A stretch of 64,000 nucleotides of DNA from Steroidobacterales bacterium (GCA_038210215.1 JBBQWY010000010.1:16464-80463), one strand, 5' to 3'. Counted from the stretch's first letter, positions 50,137 through 61,403 are shown. Program-made: numbers and translations. The notes: generated by a model not told the origin, from the letters alone.

Positions 50137-50460
50137 ATGTCCATATCACTTACCGAATCAGCTGCAACACGGGTACGGAACTACCTCGCGACCCGCGGCC
50201 ACGGCGTCGGGCTGCGCCTGGGCGTCCGCAAGACGGGTTGCTCGGGCTTTGCCTACGTGATCAATTACGCCGATGAAGTCGCGCCGGCCGATATGGTGTT
50301 CGAGCAAGGCGGCATCAAGGTTTTCGTCGATCCGGACAGCCTGCCGCTGATCGATGGCACCGAGATCGATTTCGTCAAGCAGGGTTTGAACGAGGCCTTC
50401 CGGTTCCGCAATCCGAACGTCAAGGGCGAGTGCGGCTGCGGCGAGAGCTTCAACATCTGA
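50137..50460 (+). CDS. iscA: Iron-sulfur cluster insertion/assembly protein, IscA/ErpA (A-type carrier)
   Basis: The protein is 107 aa. Motifs are [16 protein letters not shown] and the C-terminal [11 protein letters not shown]. Confidence 0.9.
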   Translation: MSISLTESAATRVRNYLATRGHGVGLRLGVRKTGCSGFAYVINYADEVAPADMVFEQGGIKVFVDPDSLPLIDGTEIDFVKQGLNEAFRFRNPNVKGECGCGESFNI

Positions 50461-50537
50461 GCGAGCCGACGGTTTTCTTGTTGTAGCCCCGCCTGCGCCG
50501 GTAGACTTCGCGGTTTACATCCGCGAGGAGCAGTCTC

Positions 50538-50950
<413 letters not shown>

Positions 50951-50966
<16 letters not shown>

Positions 50967-52054
50967 ACCTGCTCGGTCTCGCGCGCCCCGAGCTCGAGGC
51001 GTTCATCGCTGATCTTGGCGAGAAGCCGTTTCGCGTCCGTCAGCTGCTGGCGTGGATCTACAAGCGCGGGGTTGCCGATATCGCCGCGATGACCGACCTG
51101 TCGAAGGGTTTTCGCGAACGACTGCTCGAGCGCGCCGAGATCCGCTTGCCCGAGATCGTCTCGCGCCACGATTCCGCGGACGGCACCTGCAAGTGGCTGC
51201 TGCGCGCCGAGGCTGGCCAGGCCTACGAGATGGTGTTCATTCCGGAGACCGAGCGCGGCACGCTGTGCATTTCGTCGCAGGTGGGCTGCGCGCTCGACTG
51301 CTCTTTCTGCTCGACCGCGCAGCAGGGGTTCAACCGCAACCTCACTGCGGCAGAAATCATCGGGCAGGTCTGGCTTGCGAATCAGCAGCTCGGCTGGCCG
51401 CCGCCTGGCGAGTTGTCGCAGCGCCGGGTCACGAACATCGTGCTGATGGGAATGGGCGAGCCGCTGGCAAACTTCCGCAACGTCGTGCCGGCAGTCCGGC
51501 TGATGATGGACGATCTCGGTTTCGACATTTCGCGCCGCCGCGTCACGCTGTCGACCTCGGGCCTGGTGCCGCAGATGTACCGGCTGGCAGAGGAGGTCAA
51601 TTGTGCTCTGGCCGTCTCGCTGCATGCACCGAACGACGCGCTGCGCAATCAGCTCGTGCCGATCAATCGTTTGCACCCGATCGCCGAGCTGCTCGAAGCC
51701 TGCTGGCATTACGTCGACGAACAGAACGGCCGCACCGTGACGTTCGAATACGTCATGCTGGACGGCGTCAACGACCGGATCGAGCACGCGCGGGCGCTCG
51801 CTGAACTGCTGCGCGGCAGGCCCGCCAAGCTCAACCTGATTCCGTTCAATTCTTTTCCCGGCACGCGTTATCGGCGCTCGCCCATGCCGGTGATCACTCG
51901 CTTTCGCGATGAACTGCTGCAGCGTGGCACGTTCGCGACCATCCGCCGCACCCGTGGTGACGATATCGACGCCGCCTGCGGGCAGTTGGCCGGGCTCGTC
52001 AACGACCGCACGCGGATCCGGCTCGGCGAAAAGCTGGCGGGGGCAATGCAGTGA
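50951..52054 (+). CDS. rlmN: 23S rRNA/tRNA (adenine2503-C2)-methyltransferase RlmN (radical SAM)
   Basis: ATG 50951 gives [10 protein letters not shown]...[14 protein letters not shown]. The radical SAM motif is [10 protein letters not shown] and GMGEPL is present. The gene overlaps ndk by 16 nt. Confidence 0.93.
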
Positions 52055-52839
52055 ATCCGATCTGGCCTGTGCGTGCCGTCGCGGCCGGCTTGATCGCTGC
52101 CGTGCTGGCTGTCGTTCTGGCCGCCTGTGCGGCTCCGTCGCCGCAGCGCCCGGAACCCACGCGCGCCGAAACCGCCGCGGGCTTCAACCTGCAACTCGGT
52201 ATCGCGTATCTGCGTCAGAACAACCTCGCGCTCGCGAAAGAGAAGCTCGAGCGCGCGCTGGCGCAGAATCCGCGCGACCCGAACGTGCATGCAGCAATGG
52301 CCTTGCTGCATGAACGCTTCGGCGATGCCGCCGCGGCGGATCGGGCTTACCGCAACGCGATCCGCATCGATGGCCGCAATCCCGATATCCAGAACAATTA
52401 CGCCGTATTCCTCTGTCGCAGCGGCCGCGTCGAAGACGGCGTCGAGCGGTTTCAGGCCGTTGCGCGCAACCCGCTGTACCGAACGCCCGATGTGGCCTAC
52501 ACCAACGCTGGCGTGTGCTTGCGCTCGGCCCGGCGACTGGATGAAGCCGCCAGCAAACTCGCGCGAGCGCTGACGATCCGCCCGAACGCCGCCGAGGCGG
52601 CATTCCAGCTCGGTGATCTGGATCTCGAGCGCGGCAAGCTGGACGAAGCGCGCACGCGTCTCGATCAGTATCTGGCGGCCTTCACGCCGACTCCGGACCT
52701 GTTGTTGCTGGGCACGCGGATCGCCCGCGCGCAGGGCGACCGACTCGCCGAGGAGCGCTTTGGTCGCCGTCTGACGCGGGATTTTCCGGAGTCCGAGCAG
52801 GCTCGATCCTGGGCGCGTCAGCCACGCGGCGAGAGTTGA
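52051..52839 (+). CDS. pilW: Type IV pilus biogenesis/stability lipoprotein PilW (PilF), TPR protein
   Basis: GTG 52051 overlaps the rlmN stop. The lipobox is LAACAAP and the remainder is TPR repeats. The conserved position is between rlmN and rodZ. Confidence 0.8.
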   Translation: MNPIWPVRAVAAGLIAAVLAVVLAACAAPSPQRPEPTRAETAAGFNLQLGIAYLRQNNLALAKEKLERALAQNPRDPNVHAAMALLHERFGDAAAADRAYRNAIRIDGRNPDIQNNYAVFLCRSGRVEDGVERFQAVARNPLYRTPDVAYTNAGVCLRSARRLDEAASKLARALTIRPNAAEAAFQLGDLDLERGKLDEARTRLDQYLAAFTPTPDLLLLGTRIARAQGDRLAEERFGRRLTRDFPESEQARSWARQPRGES

Positions 52840-52840
52840 C

Positions 52841-53689
52841 ATGCAGTCTGATGGCGAAATCCACGACACTGCCGCCATCGGCGCACAACTACGCGCGGCG
52901 CGCGAGCGCCATGGAATCACCGCAGCACAGGCGGCTGAACGCCTGCACTGCGACCTGTGTCTGATCGAGGCGCTCGACGCCGGTGAGTTCAGCGCCCTTG
53001 GCCCGCCGGTTTATGCGCGCGGACATCTGCGCCGCTACGCCGATCTGCTCGGCGAGGATGCCGATCCGCTACTGGCGCGCTGGGCCGACTACGCGCCAGC
53101 GCAACAGGCTGGCCCTAACCTCACGCGGATTGCGAAGGTGCCCCGCACCACCGATCCGCGCCAGGTGAAGCGCATTCTTGGCTTCATCGGTGCAGCGATC
53201 GGTTTCGCGCTGGTCGTCTGGTGGGTGCTGCAGGGCGCGCCGTTGCCGTTTGCCGCACAGGATCCGGCATCGACTGCCGTTGCAGCGGTTGCTGCCGACG
53301 CCGCTGTCGAGCCCCTACCACCGAGTGAGGTCCCCGAAGCGGCGGTGGAGGCCAGTGACGTCACCCGTATCGAGCTGGCGGCCGTCGAATCGGCCGGAAC
53401 GGCACCGCCGGTCCGCGGTGAACTTGGTTTTCGCGCCAGCCGCGACTGCTGGGTGGAGATCCGCGATGCGGATAACCGGCAGCTCTACTTCAATCTCGTG
53501 CGGGGCGGCGAAGCGGCGCAGCAAGTTGCCGGCAAGGCCCCGCTGCGGGTGCTGCTTGGCAACGCGCCCGGCGTGTCGCTGACCTGGAATGACCGACCGC
53601 TCGAGATTCCTGATGCGTTGCGACGCGGTCGGGTCGCTTATTTCCTGCTCGCGGGCGACGGCTCAGTCGACCCGGTTCCGGCCCGGTAA
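52841..53689 (+). CDS. rodZ: Cytoskeleton protein RodZ (HTH + TM + DUF4115-like C-terminal domain)
   Basis: The N-terminal Xre-type HTH is LRAARERHGITAAQAAERLH. The TM segment is ILGFIGAAIGFALVVWWVL. The C-terminal domain reads CWVEIRDADNRQLYFNLVRGGE...LLGNAPGVSLTWNDRPL. Confidence 0.8.
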   Translation: MQSDGEIHDTAAIGAQLRAARERHGITAAQAAERLHCDLCLIEALDAGEFSALGPPVYARGHLRRYADLLGEDADPLLARWADYAPAQQAGPNLTRIAKVPRTTDPRQVKRILGFIGAAIGFALVVWWVLQGAPLPFAAQDPASTAVAAVAADAAVEPLPPSEVPEAAVEASDVTRIELAAVESAGTAPPVRGELGFRASRDCWVEIRDADNRQLYFNLVRGGEAAQQVAGKAPLRVLLGNAPGVSLTWNDRPLEIPDALRRGRVAYFLLAGDGSVDPVPAR

Positions 53690-53701
53690 GGCGTTCGAAC
53701 G

Positions 53702-55027
53702 ATGAGCGCGATGATCCAGCCGGTTCGCGGCATGAACGATGTGCTGCCAACGCAGATTGCGACCTGGCAATTCGTCGAGCAGACAGCGCGCGAATTGCTT
53801 GGCGCCTATGGCTATCGAGAGATGCGGGTGCCGATTGTCGAGCAGACCGATCTGTTCAAGCGGGCGATCGGTGAGTACACCGATGTGGTCGAGAAGGAAA
53901 TGTACTCGTTTGTCGATGCCGGCGGAGATCGGCTGACGCTGCGACCGGAGGCCACGGCGGGCATCGTGCGCGCGATGATCTCGAACGGTCTGCTGCGCGG
54001 TGCGCGCCACAAGGTCTGGTGCGTCGGCCCGATGTTCCGCCACGAGCGCCCCCAGAAGGGACGCTATCGCCAATTCCACCAGCTCGACGTCGAAGTGATT
54101 GGCCTGCCCGGCCCCGATGTCGACGCGGAGCTGATCGCGCTGACAGCGCGGTTATGGCGCCGGCTCGGCATCGAGCGGATGCAGCTGCAGATCAATTCGC
54201 TGGGCACAGCGGAGTCGCGCCGCGCCTATCGTGAGCTGCTCAGCGACTACTTCCGCGCGCATGCGGAGCAGCTCGATGCCGACAGCCAGCGCCGTCTCGA
54301 GGGCAATCCACTGCGGATCCTCGACAGCAAGAATCCCGCGATGCAGACGCTGGTTGCAGCGGCGCCGGTACTGACCGATCACCTCGATCCCGAGTCGCGC
54401 GCGCATTTCGAGCAGCTGCAGCAGCTGCTTATCACGCTCGGCATCCCCTTCAGGGTCAATCCGCGGCTGGTGCGTGGTCTCGATTACTATTCGCGCACCG
54501 TGTTCGAGTGGACAACGGATGCGCTGGGCGCCCAGGATGCGGTCTGTTCCGGGGGACGCTACGACGGTCTGATCGCTCAGCTCGGTGGCGAGGCGACGCC
54601 GGCGATCGGCTTTGCGATGGGCATCGAGCGGGCGGTGGCGCTGATAGAGCAGGGCGCGGCGGCCGCAGCGACGCCGGTGGCTGATTTGTTCGTGGTCGCG
54701 CAGGGGGACCAGCCTCTCGCTGCGGCCTTCGATCTGTCAGAACGGCTGCGCGAACTCCTGCCGCAGGCGCGCATCGAACTGAATCTAGGCGGCGGCAACT
54801 TCAAGGCGCAGTTCCGCCGCGCCGACAAGAGTGGCGCGAGCTGGGCGCTGGTATTGGGCGAAGACGAGCTGCAGCGTGGCGTCGTGCAGCTGAAGCCCCT
54901 GCGCGGACCGAGCGGCGCATCCCAGCCCGAAGCGCGGGAGTTTCCGCTCGCGACGGCTTCACAGGACATTGCCGCCGCGCTCGCGAATGGATCGCGAGCG
55001 TCGGCTCGAGGAGATGACAGTGGATGA
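53702..55027 (+). CDS. hisS: Histidine-tRNA ligase
   Basis: Motifs are [47 protein letters not shown] and GGRYDGL. Confidence 0.95.
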   Translation: MSAMIQPVRGMNDVLPTQIATWQFVEQTARELLGAYGYREMRVPIVEQTDLFKRAIGEYTDVVEKEMYSFVDAGGDRLTLRPEATAGIVRAMISNGLLRGARHKVWCVGPMFRHERPQKGRYRQFHQLDVEVIGLPGPDVDAELIALTARLWRRLGIERMQLQINSLGTAESRRAYRELLSDYFRAHAEQLDADSQRRLEGNPLRILDSKNPAMQTLVAAAPVLTDHLDPESRAHFEQLQQLLITLGIPFRVNPRLVRGLDYYSRTVFEWTTDALGAQDAVCSGGRYDGLIAQLGGEATPAIGFAMGIERAVALIEQGAAAAATPVADLFVVAQGDQPLAAAFDLSERLRELLPQARIELNLGGGNFKAQFRRADKSGASWALVLGEDELQRGVVQLKPLRGPSGASQPEAREFPLATASQDIAAALANGSRASARGDDSG

Positions 55028-55721
55028 CTCATACACCGAACAGGAACAATGGGAACGGGTCAAGGCCTGGATCCGCGAGAACGGGCTGTGGCTGCTGGCG
55101 GGCGTCGCGCTCGGCGTCGGCGGGTTGGTCGGCTGGAACTGGTGGCAGGAGCGGATTGAAACCCGTGCGCGTGAGGCGAGCAGGCAGTACGAGCAGCTGC
55201 TCGAGGCCTTCGACCGTGGCGACCGCACGCGGGCCATGACGCTGGTCGAGCAACTGCGCACCGATTACGGTTCTTCGCCGTATGCGGACCAGGCAGACCT
55301 CGCCGCCGCTCGCGCGCATGTTGAAGCCAGTGAGCTGCCGCAGGCCGCCGAGCGGCTGGCGCGGATCATGAACGGATCAAAGGACCAGGAGCTGCGCCTG
55401 ATTGCGCGCATGCGCCTCGCGCGCGTGCAGCTGGCGCAGGGCAACCCCGACGTCGCCCTCGCTACACTCACCGCTGCAGGCGACACGGGCGCATTTGCGC
55501 CGCGCTTCCAGGAGCTGCGCGGCGACGTGCTGTTCGCCAAGGACGACAAGGCGGGCGCGCTGCGCGAGTATCGCGGTGCGCGCGCGGCCGATGCTGGCGG
55601 CGTGCTCGACACGGTCAGCCTCGAGCTGAAGATTGCGGACCTGCTGGCTGACGGCCTCAGCGTCGACGCAGCCGCTGCCGCCGGTGCTACCCCCCAAAGC
55701 GCACCCGAGGTGGCGCGATGA
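55014..55721 (+). CDS. YfgM-like membrane-anchored TPR protein (UPF0070)
   Basis: ATG 55014 is the start. The sequence [37 protein letters not shown] (TM anchor) is followed by TPR-like helices. The conserved position is between hisS and bamB. Confidence 0.75.
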   Translation: MTVDDSYTEQEQWERVKAWIRENGLWLLAGVALGVGGLVGWNWWQERIETRAREASRQYEQLLEAFDRGDRTRAMTLVEQLRTDYGSSPYADQADLAAARAHVEASELPQAAERLARIMNGSKDQELRLIARMRLARVQLAQGNPDVALATLTAAGDTGAFAPRFQELRGDVLFAKDDKAGALREYRGARAADAGGVLDTVSLELKIADLLADGLSVDAAAAAGATPQSAPEVAR

Positions 55722-56884
55722 GGGCCGCAGCTTTGCGCCTGCCGCTCGCGGCCCTCGCGGTCGTTGTGTTCTTCGCGGCCTGCTCGAAGGAGAAGGCGGT
55801 CGACAAGCCGGCGGAGCTCATCGATATCGAATCCACGCTGCGAGTCGATCGGTTGTGGAACGCGGCGGTGGGCGGCGGTGAGCCGGTGCTGCGCCTCGGT
55901 CTCGGTCTCGCGGTGGACGAGGGCCGCATCTTTGCGGCGGGCCATGACGGCGATGTGATCAGCGTAGATCTGGCATCGGGCCGGACGCTGTGGCGCACGC
56001 GCACCAAGACGGCGCTGTCCGGTGGCACCGGTGCCGGCGCGGGCCTGGTGGCCGTCGGATCAGCGGACGGTGAAGTGCTGGCGCTGGCGGCCGAGGACGG
56101 AGCCATCCGCTGGCGCACGCGCGTCCGCGGCGAGGTACTCGCGGCACCTGCCGTGTCTGCGTCGGCGGTCATTGTGCGCACGGTCGACGGGCGCTTGCGC
56201 GCGCTGGCACTCGACGATGGCCGCGAACTGTGGAACTTCGAACAGCCCGTGCCGCGCCTGAGTCTGCGTGGCACAGCACCGCCGGTGGTGGCCGGCAATA
56301 CCGTGATTGCCGGTTTCGACAACGGCAAGGTCATTGCGCTGGCGACCGCTACGGGCGAAATCGTCTGGGAGGCGACCATCTCGAGCCCGCGCGGTCGTAC
56401 CGAGCTCGAGCGCCTCAATGACATCGATGCGGCGGTACAGATCGATGGCGACGAAGTGCTGGTCGTTGGCTTCCAGGGGCGCGCCGCGATGCTCGCGCTC
56501 GAATCCGGGCAGGTCTGGTGGTCGCGGGATCTGTCGAGCCACAGCGGCCTTGCCGCGACCAGCGATGCGGTGTTCGTCTCGACCGCTGAAGGGGATGTCG
56601 TGGCGCTGCAGCGTCGCACGGGCGTCGAACTCTGGCGCCAGGACGCGCTGAAGCGCCGCAGCCTCAGTGCGCCAGCCGTGATCGGTGACTCTGTCGCTGT
56701 CGCCGATTTCGACGGCGTGCTGCACTGGCTGGACCGCAGCAGCGGCGCCTTCATCGCACGCAGCAAGGTCGGCACGCGGGTCAGCAATGCGCTGCAGGTC
56801 GTCGACGGCACGCTGCTGGTGATCGACGATTCGGGCCGGCTGTCTGCGTTCCGCCCGCGAGAGGCGCGCACGCCGCCGCAGTGA
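55718..56884 (+). CDS. bamB: Outer membrane protein assembly factor BamB
   Basis: The lipobox is FFAACSKE. Repeated PQQ-like beta-propeller blades are present (VIAGFDNGKVIALATATGEIVWE, etc.). The gene is syntenic with der. Confidence 0.9.
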   Translation: MRAAALRLPLAALAVVVFFAACSKEKAVDKPAELIDIESTLRVDRLWNAAVGGGEPVLRLGLGLAVDEGRIFAAGHDGDVISVDLASGRTLWRTRTKTALSGGTGAGAGLVAVGSADGEVLALAAEDGAIRWRTRVRGEVLAAPAVSASAVIVRTVDGRLRALALDDGRELWNFEQPVPRLSLRGTAPPVVAGNTVIAGFDNGKVIALATATGEIVWEATISSPRGRTELERLNDIDAAVQIDGDEVLVVGFQGRAAMLALESGQVWWSRDLSSHSGLAATSDAVFVSTAEGDVVALQRRTGVELWRQDALKRRSLSAPAVIGDSVAVADFDGVLHWLDRSSGAFIARSKVGTRVSNALQVVDGTLLVIDDSGRLSAFRPREARTPPQ

Positions 56885-56894
56885 CCCGACCGCC

Positions 56895-58268
56895 ATGCTG
56901 CCCATCGTCGCGCTGATCGGTCGTCCGAACGTCGGCAAGTCGACCCTGTTCAACCGACTCACCGGCACCCGCGACGCCATCGTCGCCGATGTGCCGGGCG
57001 TCACCCGCGACCGGCAATACGGCTATGGCACGCTCGGTCCGGTGCCCTGCGTCGTCATCGACACCGGCGGCGTCGTCGAGAACGCGACCGGTATCGACGT
57101 GCAGATGCGGATCCAGGCCGAGCGCGCGATCGCCGAAGCAGACCGGCTCGTGTTCCTGCTGGATGCGCGCAGCGGACTGACCAACCAGGACCGTTTCGTG
57201 GCCGAGACGCTCAGGCGTTCGGGCAAGCCGCTGCTGCTCGCCATCAACAAGGCCGAAGGGCTCGATGCGCCGGTGGCGCTCACCGATTTTCATTCGCTGG
57301 GTCTCGGCGAGCCGATTGCGATCTCGGCCAGCCGCGGCGACAACACCTTGAAATTGATGGAGCGTGTACTGGAGGGCTTCGAGGCGACCGACATGTCGGC
57401 GCCGGATGAGCGCAACTCGATCCGGATCGCGATCATCGGGCGGCCCAATGTCGGCAAATCGACGCTCGTGAACCGGCTGATCGGCGAAGAGCGCGTGATC
57501 GCCAGCGACGTCCCCGGCACGACGCGCGACAGCATTCTCGTGCCCTTTGCACGCGACGGGCGCGAGTTCCTGCTGATCGACACCGCCGGCGTGCGCCGCA
57601 AGTCGAAGATCGACGATGCGATCGAGAGCGAGAGTGTCGGCAAGACGCTGCAGGCGATCGGCGAAGCGCATGTCGTGGTGTTCGTCGCCGATGCCCATGA
57701 CACGATCGGCGAACAGGACGCCAGCGTGCTCGGCATTGCGCTGGCGCGTGGTCGGGCGCTGCTGATCGCTGTCAACAAGTGGGACGGTATTGCGCCCGAG
57801 CAGCGCGACACGATTCGTCGCCAGCTCGACCTGAAGCTCGACTTCGTGCCGTTTGCACCGGTACACATGATCTCGGCTCGCCATGGTACCGGTGTCGGCG
57901 AACTGATCGCCGCCGCCATTCGCGCCTACGATGCGGCGATGCGCGAGATTCCAACGCCCGCACTGACCCGCGCGATGGAGCGGGCGATGGAGGCCCACCA
58001 GCCACCGCTGTCCGGCGGGCGACGGATCAAGCTGCGTTATGCGCATCAGGGCGGCCGCAATCCGCCGCGGATCATCATCCACGGAAGCCAGGCCTCGCGG
58101 GTGCCGGCTGCCTACTCGCGCTACCTCGCGAATTTTTTTCGCCGCGAGTTCGATCTATTTGCCTCGCCGGTGTCGGTGGAGTTTCGCAGCGACGCGAATC
58201 CGTTCGACCGGCGCACCCGGCCCACGCCGCGTGGCAAGCGCGGCGAGCGACGTCCCGATCGCAGCTAA
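56895..58268 (+). CDS. der: Ribosome biogenesis GTPase Der (EngA)
   Basis: Two tandem G domains are present (GRPNVGKSTLFNRL and GRPNVGKSTLVNRL; DTGG and DTAG; NKAE and NKWD), plus a KH-like C-terminus. Confidence 0.95.
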   Translation: MLPIVALIGRPNVGKSTLFNRLTGTRDAIVADVPGVTRDRQYGYGTLGPVPCVVIDTGGVVENATGIDVQMRIQAERAIAEADRLVFLLDARSGLTNQDRFVAETLRRSGKPLLLAINKAEGLDAPVALTDFHSLGLGEPIAISASRGDNTLKLMERVLEGFEATDMSAPDERNSIRIAIIGRPNVGKSTLVNRLIGEERVIASDVPGTTRDSILVPFARDGREFLLIDTAGVRRKSKIDDAIESESVGKTLQAIGEAHVVVFVADAHDTIGEQDASVLGIALARGRALLIAVNKWDGIAPEQRDTIRRQLDLKLDFVPFAPVHMISARHGTGVGELIAAAIRAYDAAMREIPTPALTRAMERAMEAHQPPLSGGRRIKLRYAHQGGRNPPRIIIHGSQASRVPAAYSRYLANFFRREFDLFASPVSVEFRSDANPFDRRTRPTPRGKRGERRPDRS

Positions 58269-58837
58269 GCAGACGTTGGGGCGTTGCGCGGGCGAGTGAG
58301 CCAGAAAATCATCGCGATCAGCACTGCCAGCAGCGCACCGCCGGCAAACCCAAGGCCCGAGTCGTCGGCAAGATAGTCTCCGAGTGCTGTACCCAGGGTG
58401 TTCGACACGAGGATGGCCGCCCAGTAGAACGACTCGGCGCGGCGCGAATGCACATCGGTCACCGAAAGTGATTTCTCGCTGATCCGCCACACGGTGAGCA
58501 CGCTGATCAGAAGGAAAATCAGGATTGCCGAGCCGCGTGCGTAGCCCAGTCCGAGGGTACGATCCATGTCATCGGACATCGTCGTTCCAGCTGTGCTGGT
58601 GATCAGGATCACGCTCCAGTAGAGCCATGGATGATGGGCGCGCGCCAGCAACTGCGCGGTCAGCGCTGCAACGAAAGCGCCAATCAGGATCAACGAGCTT
58701 AGGGCGTAACCGACGTTCAGGGTCATCGACAGCAGATCACCCGCTGTTTCTCCGAGCGTCGTCGCGCAGATCTTCATGATCCAGAACGCAAGCGTGATGA
58801 GCGGGAGCTTGTTGGTTGTTGAGACCGTTCCGGGCAT
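58265..58837 (-). CDS. Integral membrane protein built from three tandem two-helix repeats (resembles what I recall as COG4705)
   Basis: The 190-aa product has three repeats of the (F/Y)W-x9-G-x4-D...G(Y/F) pattern: FWIMKICATTLGETAGDLLS...NVGY, YWSVILITSTAGTTMSDDMD...GLGY, and YWAAILVSNTLGTALGDYLAD...GLGF. Confidence 0.7.
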   Translation of the reverse strand: MPGTVSTTNKLPLITLAFWIMKICATTLGETAGDLLSMTLNVGYALSSLILIGAFVAALTAQLLARAHHPWLYWSVILITSTAGTTMSDDMDRTLGLGYARGSAILIFLLISVLTVWRISEKSLSVTDVHSRRAESFYWAAILVSNTLGTALGDYLADDSGLGFAGGALLAVLIAMIFWLTRPRNAPTSA

Positions 58838-58885
58838 GCCGGTTAGACAGGTCGTGGGTCGCCAATCAGTCGCAAGTTTGAACCG

Positions 58886-59659
58886 CTACCGGGCAAGCCG
58901 GCGCCGGACCAGCCAGGCTGCAATCGTAACGCCGGCCAGGCCATAGCCGACCAGCACGGCCAGACTCAGCCACGGCCAGGGCATCGAATCGCCGAGCGTC
59001 AGGCCGCGGGACAGCGACGCGGCATGCGAGAGGGGCAGCATCCAGGCGACGGTCTGGATCGGCTCGGGCAGCTGACGCAGCGGGAAGTAGATCCCCGACA
59101 GGAAACTCATCGGCGTGATCAGCAGCACGAAGTAATAGACGAAGAAGTCATAGGACTTCGCCAGCGCCGTCATGATGAGCGCTAAACCTGAGAACGCGAG
59201 TCCGACCAGCAGCGCCACCGGCAACACCGCGAGCGCTGCAAAACCCTCGACGATGCCGAGGCCGTACATGACGAGCAGGATCGAGCTCCCCGAGACCAGC
59301 GCCTTGAGGCCTGCCCACAGCCATTCGCCGATCACGACGTCATCGCTGGTCATCGGCGCATGCATGATGCCCTCCCAGGTCCGCTGGATCTTCAGCCGCG
59401 CGAACGCGGAGTACAGCGCCTCGAACGACGCGCTGTTCATGGTGCTGTAGCAGATCATGCCGGCGGCAAGGAACGTGAGATAGGGCCGTCCATCAATGGT
59501 GCCGATCAACGCGCCGAGCCCGAAGCCGAGCCCCACCAGATAGATCAGCGGCTCGGCGAGATTCCCGACCAGCGAAGGCAGCAGCAGCTTGCGCCAGACC
59601 AGGAAGTTGCGGTGCACGAGGTGCAGGCACCGCAGTGGTGATTCGATTCTTTCAGTCAC
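58886..59659 (-). CDS. ABC-2 type transporter permease (YadH/NodJ-like)
   Basis: The 257-aa product is a six-TM protein with a typical ABC-2 layout. It overlaps the ATPase gene by 8 nt. Confidence 0.85.
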   Translation of the reverse strand: MTERIESPLRCLHLVHRNFLVWRKLLLPSLVGNLAEPLIYLVGLGFGLGALIGTIDGRPYLTFLAAGMICYSTMNSASFEALYSAFARLKIQRTWEGIMHAPMTSDDVVIGEWLWAGLKALVSGSSILLVMYGLGIVEGFAALAVLPVALLVGLAFSGLALIMTALAKSYDFFVYYFVLLITPMSFLSGIYFPLRQLPEPIQTVAWMLPLSHAASLSRGLTLGDSMPWPWLSLAVLVGYGLAGVTIAAWLVRRRLAR

Positions 59660-60557
59660 GGATGTCGCGCCCGGTCAGCTTTATGAACACGTCCTCGAGG
59701 TTGGCCGCACGACGCAGTACTCTCAATGCAGGTGCCTGCGCGACTTCGGCAAGCAGCGGTTCAGGATCATGGGTATAGCAGAATGCGGTCTCGCCGCTGA
59801 TCTCGAGCCGATCGACGCGACCCGTTGCGCGCGATCGGGCCCACTCGGCGACGTCGTCGCCATAGATCTCGAGCACGGTCGGTTCGATCAAGGAATCGAC
59901 AAGGTGTTGCGGGGAGTCGAGCGCGATGATCCGGCCGACGTCCATCACGCACAGGCGATCGCAGAGTCGCTCGGCTTCATCCATGAAGTGCGTGGTCAGG
60001 ATCAGCGTCTTGCCCTGCTTGACGAGTTTGCGCAGGGCATCCCAGATCAGGTGCCGGGCCTGCGGATCGAGACCCGTCGTTGGCTCATCGAGGAACAGGA
60101 TGTCCGGATCATTGACGAGTGCACGCGCCAGAGTCAGTCGGCGCTTCATGCCGCCGGAGAGGCCCTCGATCTTGTCGCGAGCGCGATCACCGAGTCCCGC
60201 GTATTCGAGCAACTGCGGTGCGCGGGCTCGGGACTCGCGCGCGCTGATGCCAAAGTAGCGCGCGAACATGACCAGGTTCTCGAGCACCGTGAAGTCCGGA
60301 TCGAGATTGTCGAACTGCGGCACCACGCCGACCCGGTAGCGGGCTTCGCGAGCTGATTCCGGCACCGGCAGGCCGCCGAGCTCAATGCGGCCGCTGTCGG
60401 GTTTGGTCAGACCCAGGCAGCAGCGCAGCGTGGTGGTCTTGCCCGCGCCGTTCGGGCCGAGCAGTCCGAAGCACTCGCCCGCGGCGACACTGAAGCTGAC
60501 GCGATCGACTACGCGTTTGCCGGAGTAACTCTTGCAGAGGTCGGTGACCGACAGCAT
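59652..60557 (-). CDS. ABC transporter ATP-binding protein (YadG/NodI-like)
   Basis: The Walker A motif is [12 protein letters not shown], the signature is [12 protein letters not shown] and the Walker B motif is [12 protein letters not shown]. Confidence 0.9.
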   Translation of the reverse strand: MLSVTDLCKSYSGKRVVDRVSFSVAAGECFGLLGPNGAGKTTTLRCCLGLTKPDSGRIELGGLPVPESAREARYRVGVVPQFDNLDPDFTVLENLVMFARYFGISARESRARAPQLLEYAGLGDRARDKIEGLSGGMKRRLTLARALVNDPDILFLDEPTTGLDPQARHLIWDALRKLVKQGKTLILTTHFMDEAERLCDRLCVMDVGRIIALDSPQHLVDSLIEPTVLEIYGDDVAEWARSRATGRVDRLEISGETAFCYTHDPEPLLAEVAQAPALRVLRRAANLEDVFIKLTGRDIRD

Positions 60558-60578
60558 CGGGAGGCGGGCCGGCGCCGC

Positions 60579-61403
60579 TCAGCGCGCGGCGAGAAACAGC
60601 GCAGGGTCGACCAGAGCGCGGTTCAGTGCCACACCAAAATGCAGATGCGGTCCTGTGACGCGGCCGGTAGCGCCGACCTTGCCGATCCACTGGCCAGTCT
60701 GCACCACATCGCCGACCGCCACATCGATGCCGCTCAGATGGCAGTACATCGTCACGAGACCCTGGCCGTGGTCGATGAAGATCGACTTGCCGTTGAAGAA
60801 GTAGTCACCGGTGTCGATGACAGTGCCGCTCGCCGGTGCAAGCACCGGCGTGCCGACCGCCGCGGCGATATCCATGCCGGAATGCGGATTGCGGGGTTGC
60901 TGATTGAAGAATCGCCGCAGGCCGAACGAACCGGAGCGGCGTCCCTCGATCGGCACGGCGAGCTCAAGGGTAGCAGGCACGCTCGCCGAGAACGTCGCGA
61001 GCGCCGCGTGGATCCGGGTTTGCTCCGCCGCGACGCGGGCGGCATCCGCAGCGGAAAGATCCACCTGCCTCGCCGGCACATTCAGATACTGCGCCGTGTA
61101 CTCCTTGCCTTCGACGGTAAAGCTGACGCGCCTCGTGCCGTTTGCGTCGATGACTTCGATGGCGGCTGGGCCCGGCGACTGGCTCAACGGCAGGCCAACG
61201 ATGGCCGTCCAACCCGCATCGGTTCGCCTCACCATGACCGGATCTGTGCCGAAGCGGACCACGGGCGCAGCGTCGTTCGCACCCAACTGGAGCACGGCAA
61301 CGCCGCCGGGTACTGCAAGCGGTGTTGGCAGACTGGCCTGAGCGACCGTCGCGAGCAGCAGCGCAGCCGCACCGAGCAGTGGATGCTGCCAACGGATTCT
61401 CAT
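60579..61403 (-). CDS. M23 family metallopeptidase (secreted)
   Basis: The signal peptide is MRIRWQHPLLGAAALLLATVAQA. Motifs are HSGMDIAAAVGTPVLAP and GPHLHFGV. The ATG overlaps the xseA stop (ATGA). Confidence 0.9.
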   Translation of the reverse strand: MRIRWQHPLLGAAALLLATVAQASLPTPLAVPGGVAVLQLGANDAAPVVRFGTDPVMVRRTDAGWTAIVGLPLSQSPGPAAIEVIDANGTRRVSFTVEGKEYTAQYLNVPARQVDLSAADAARVAAEQTRIHAALATFSASVPATLELAVPIEGRRSGSFGLRRFFNQQPRNPHSGMDIAAAVGTPVLAPASGTVIDTGDYFFNGKSIFIDHGQGLVTMYCHLSGIDVAVGDVVQTGQWIGKVGATGRVTGPHLHFGVALNRALVDPALFLAAR

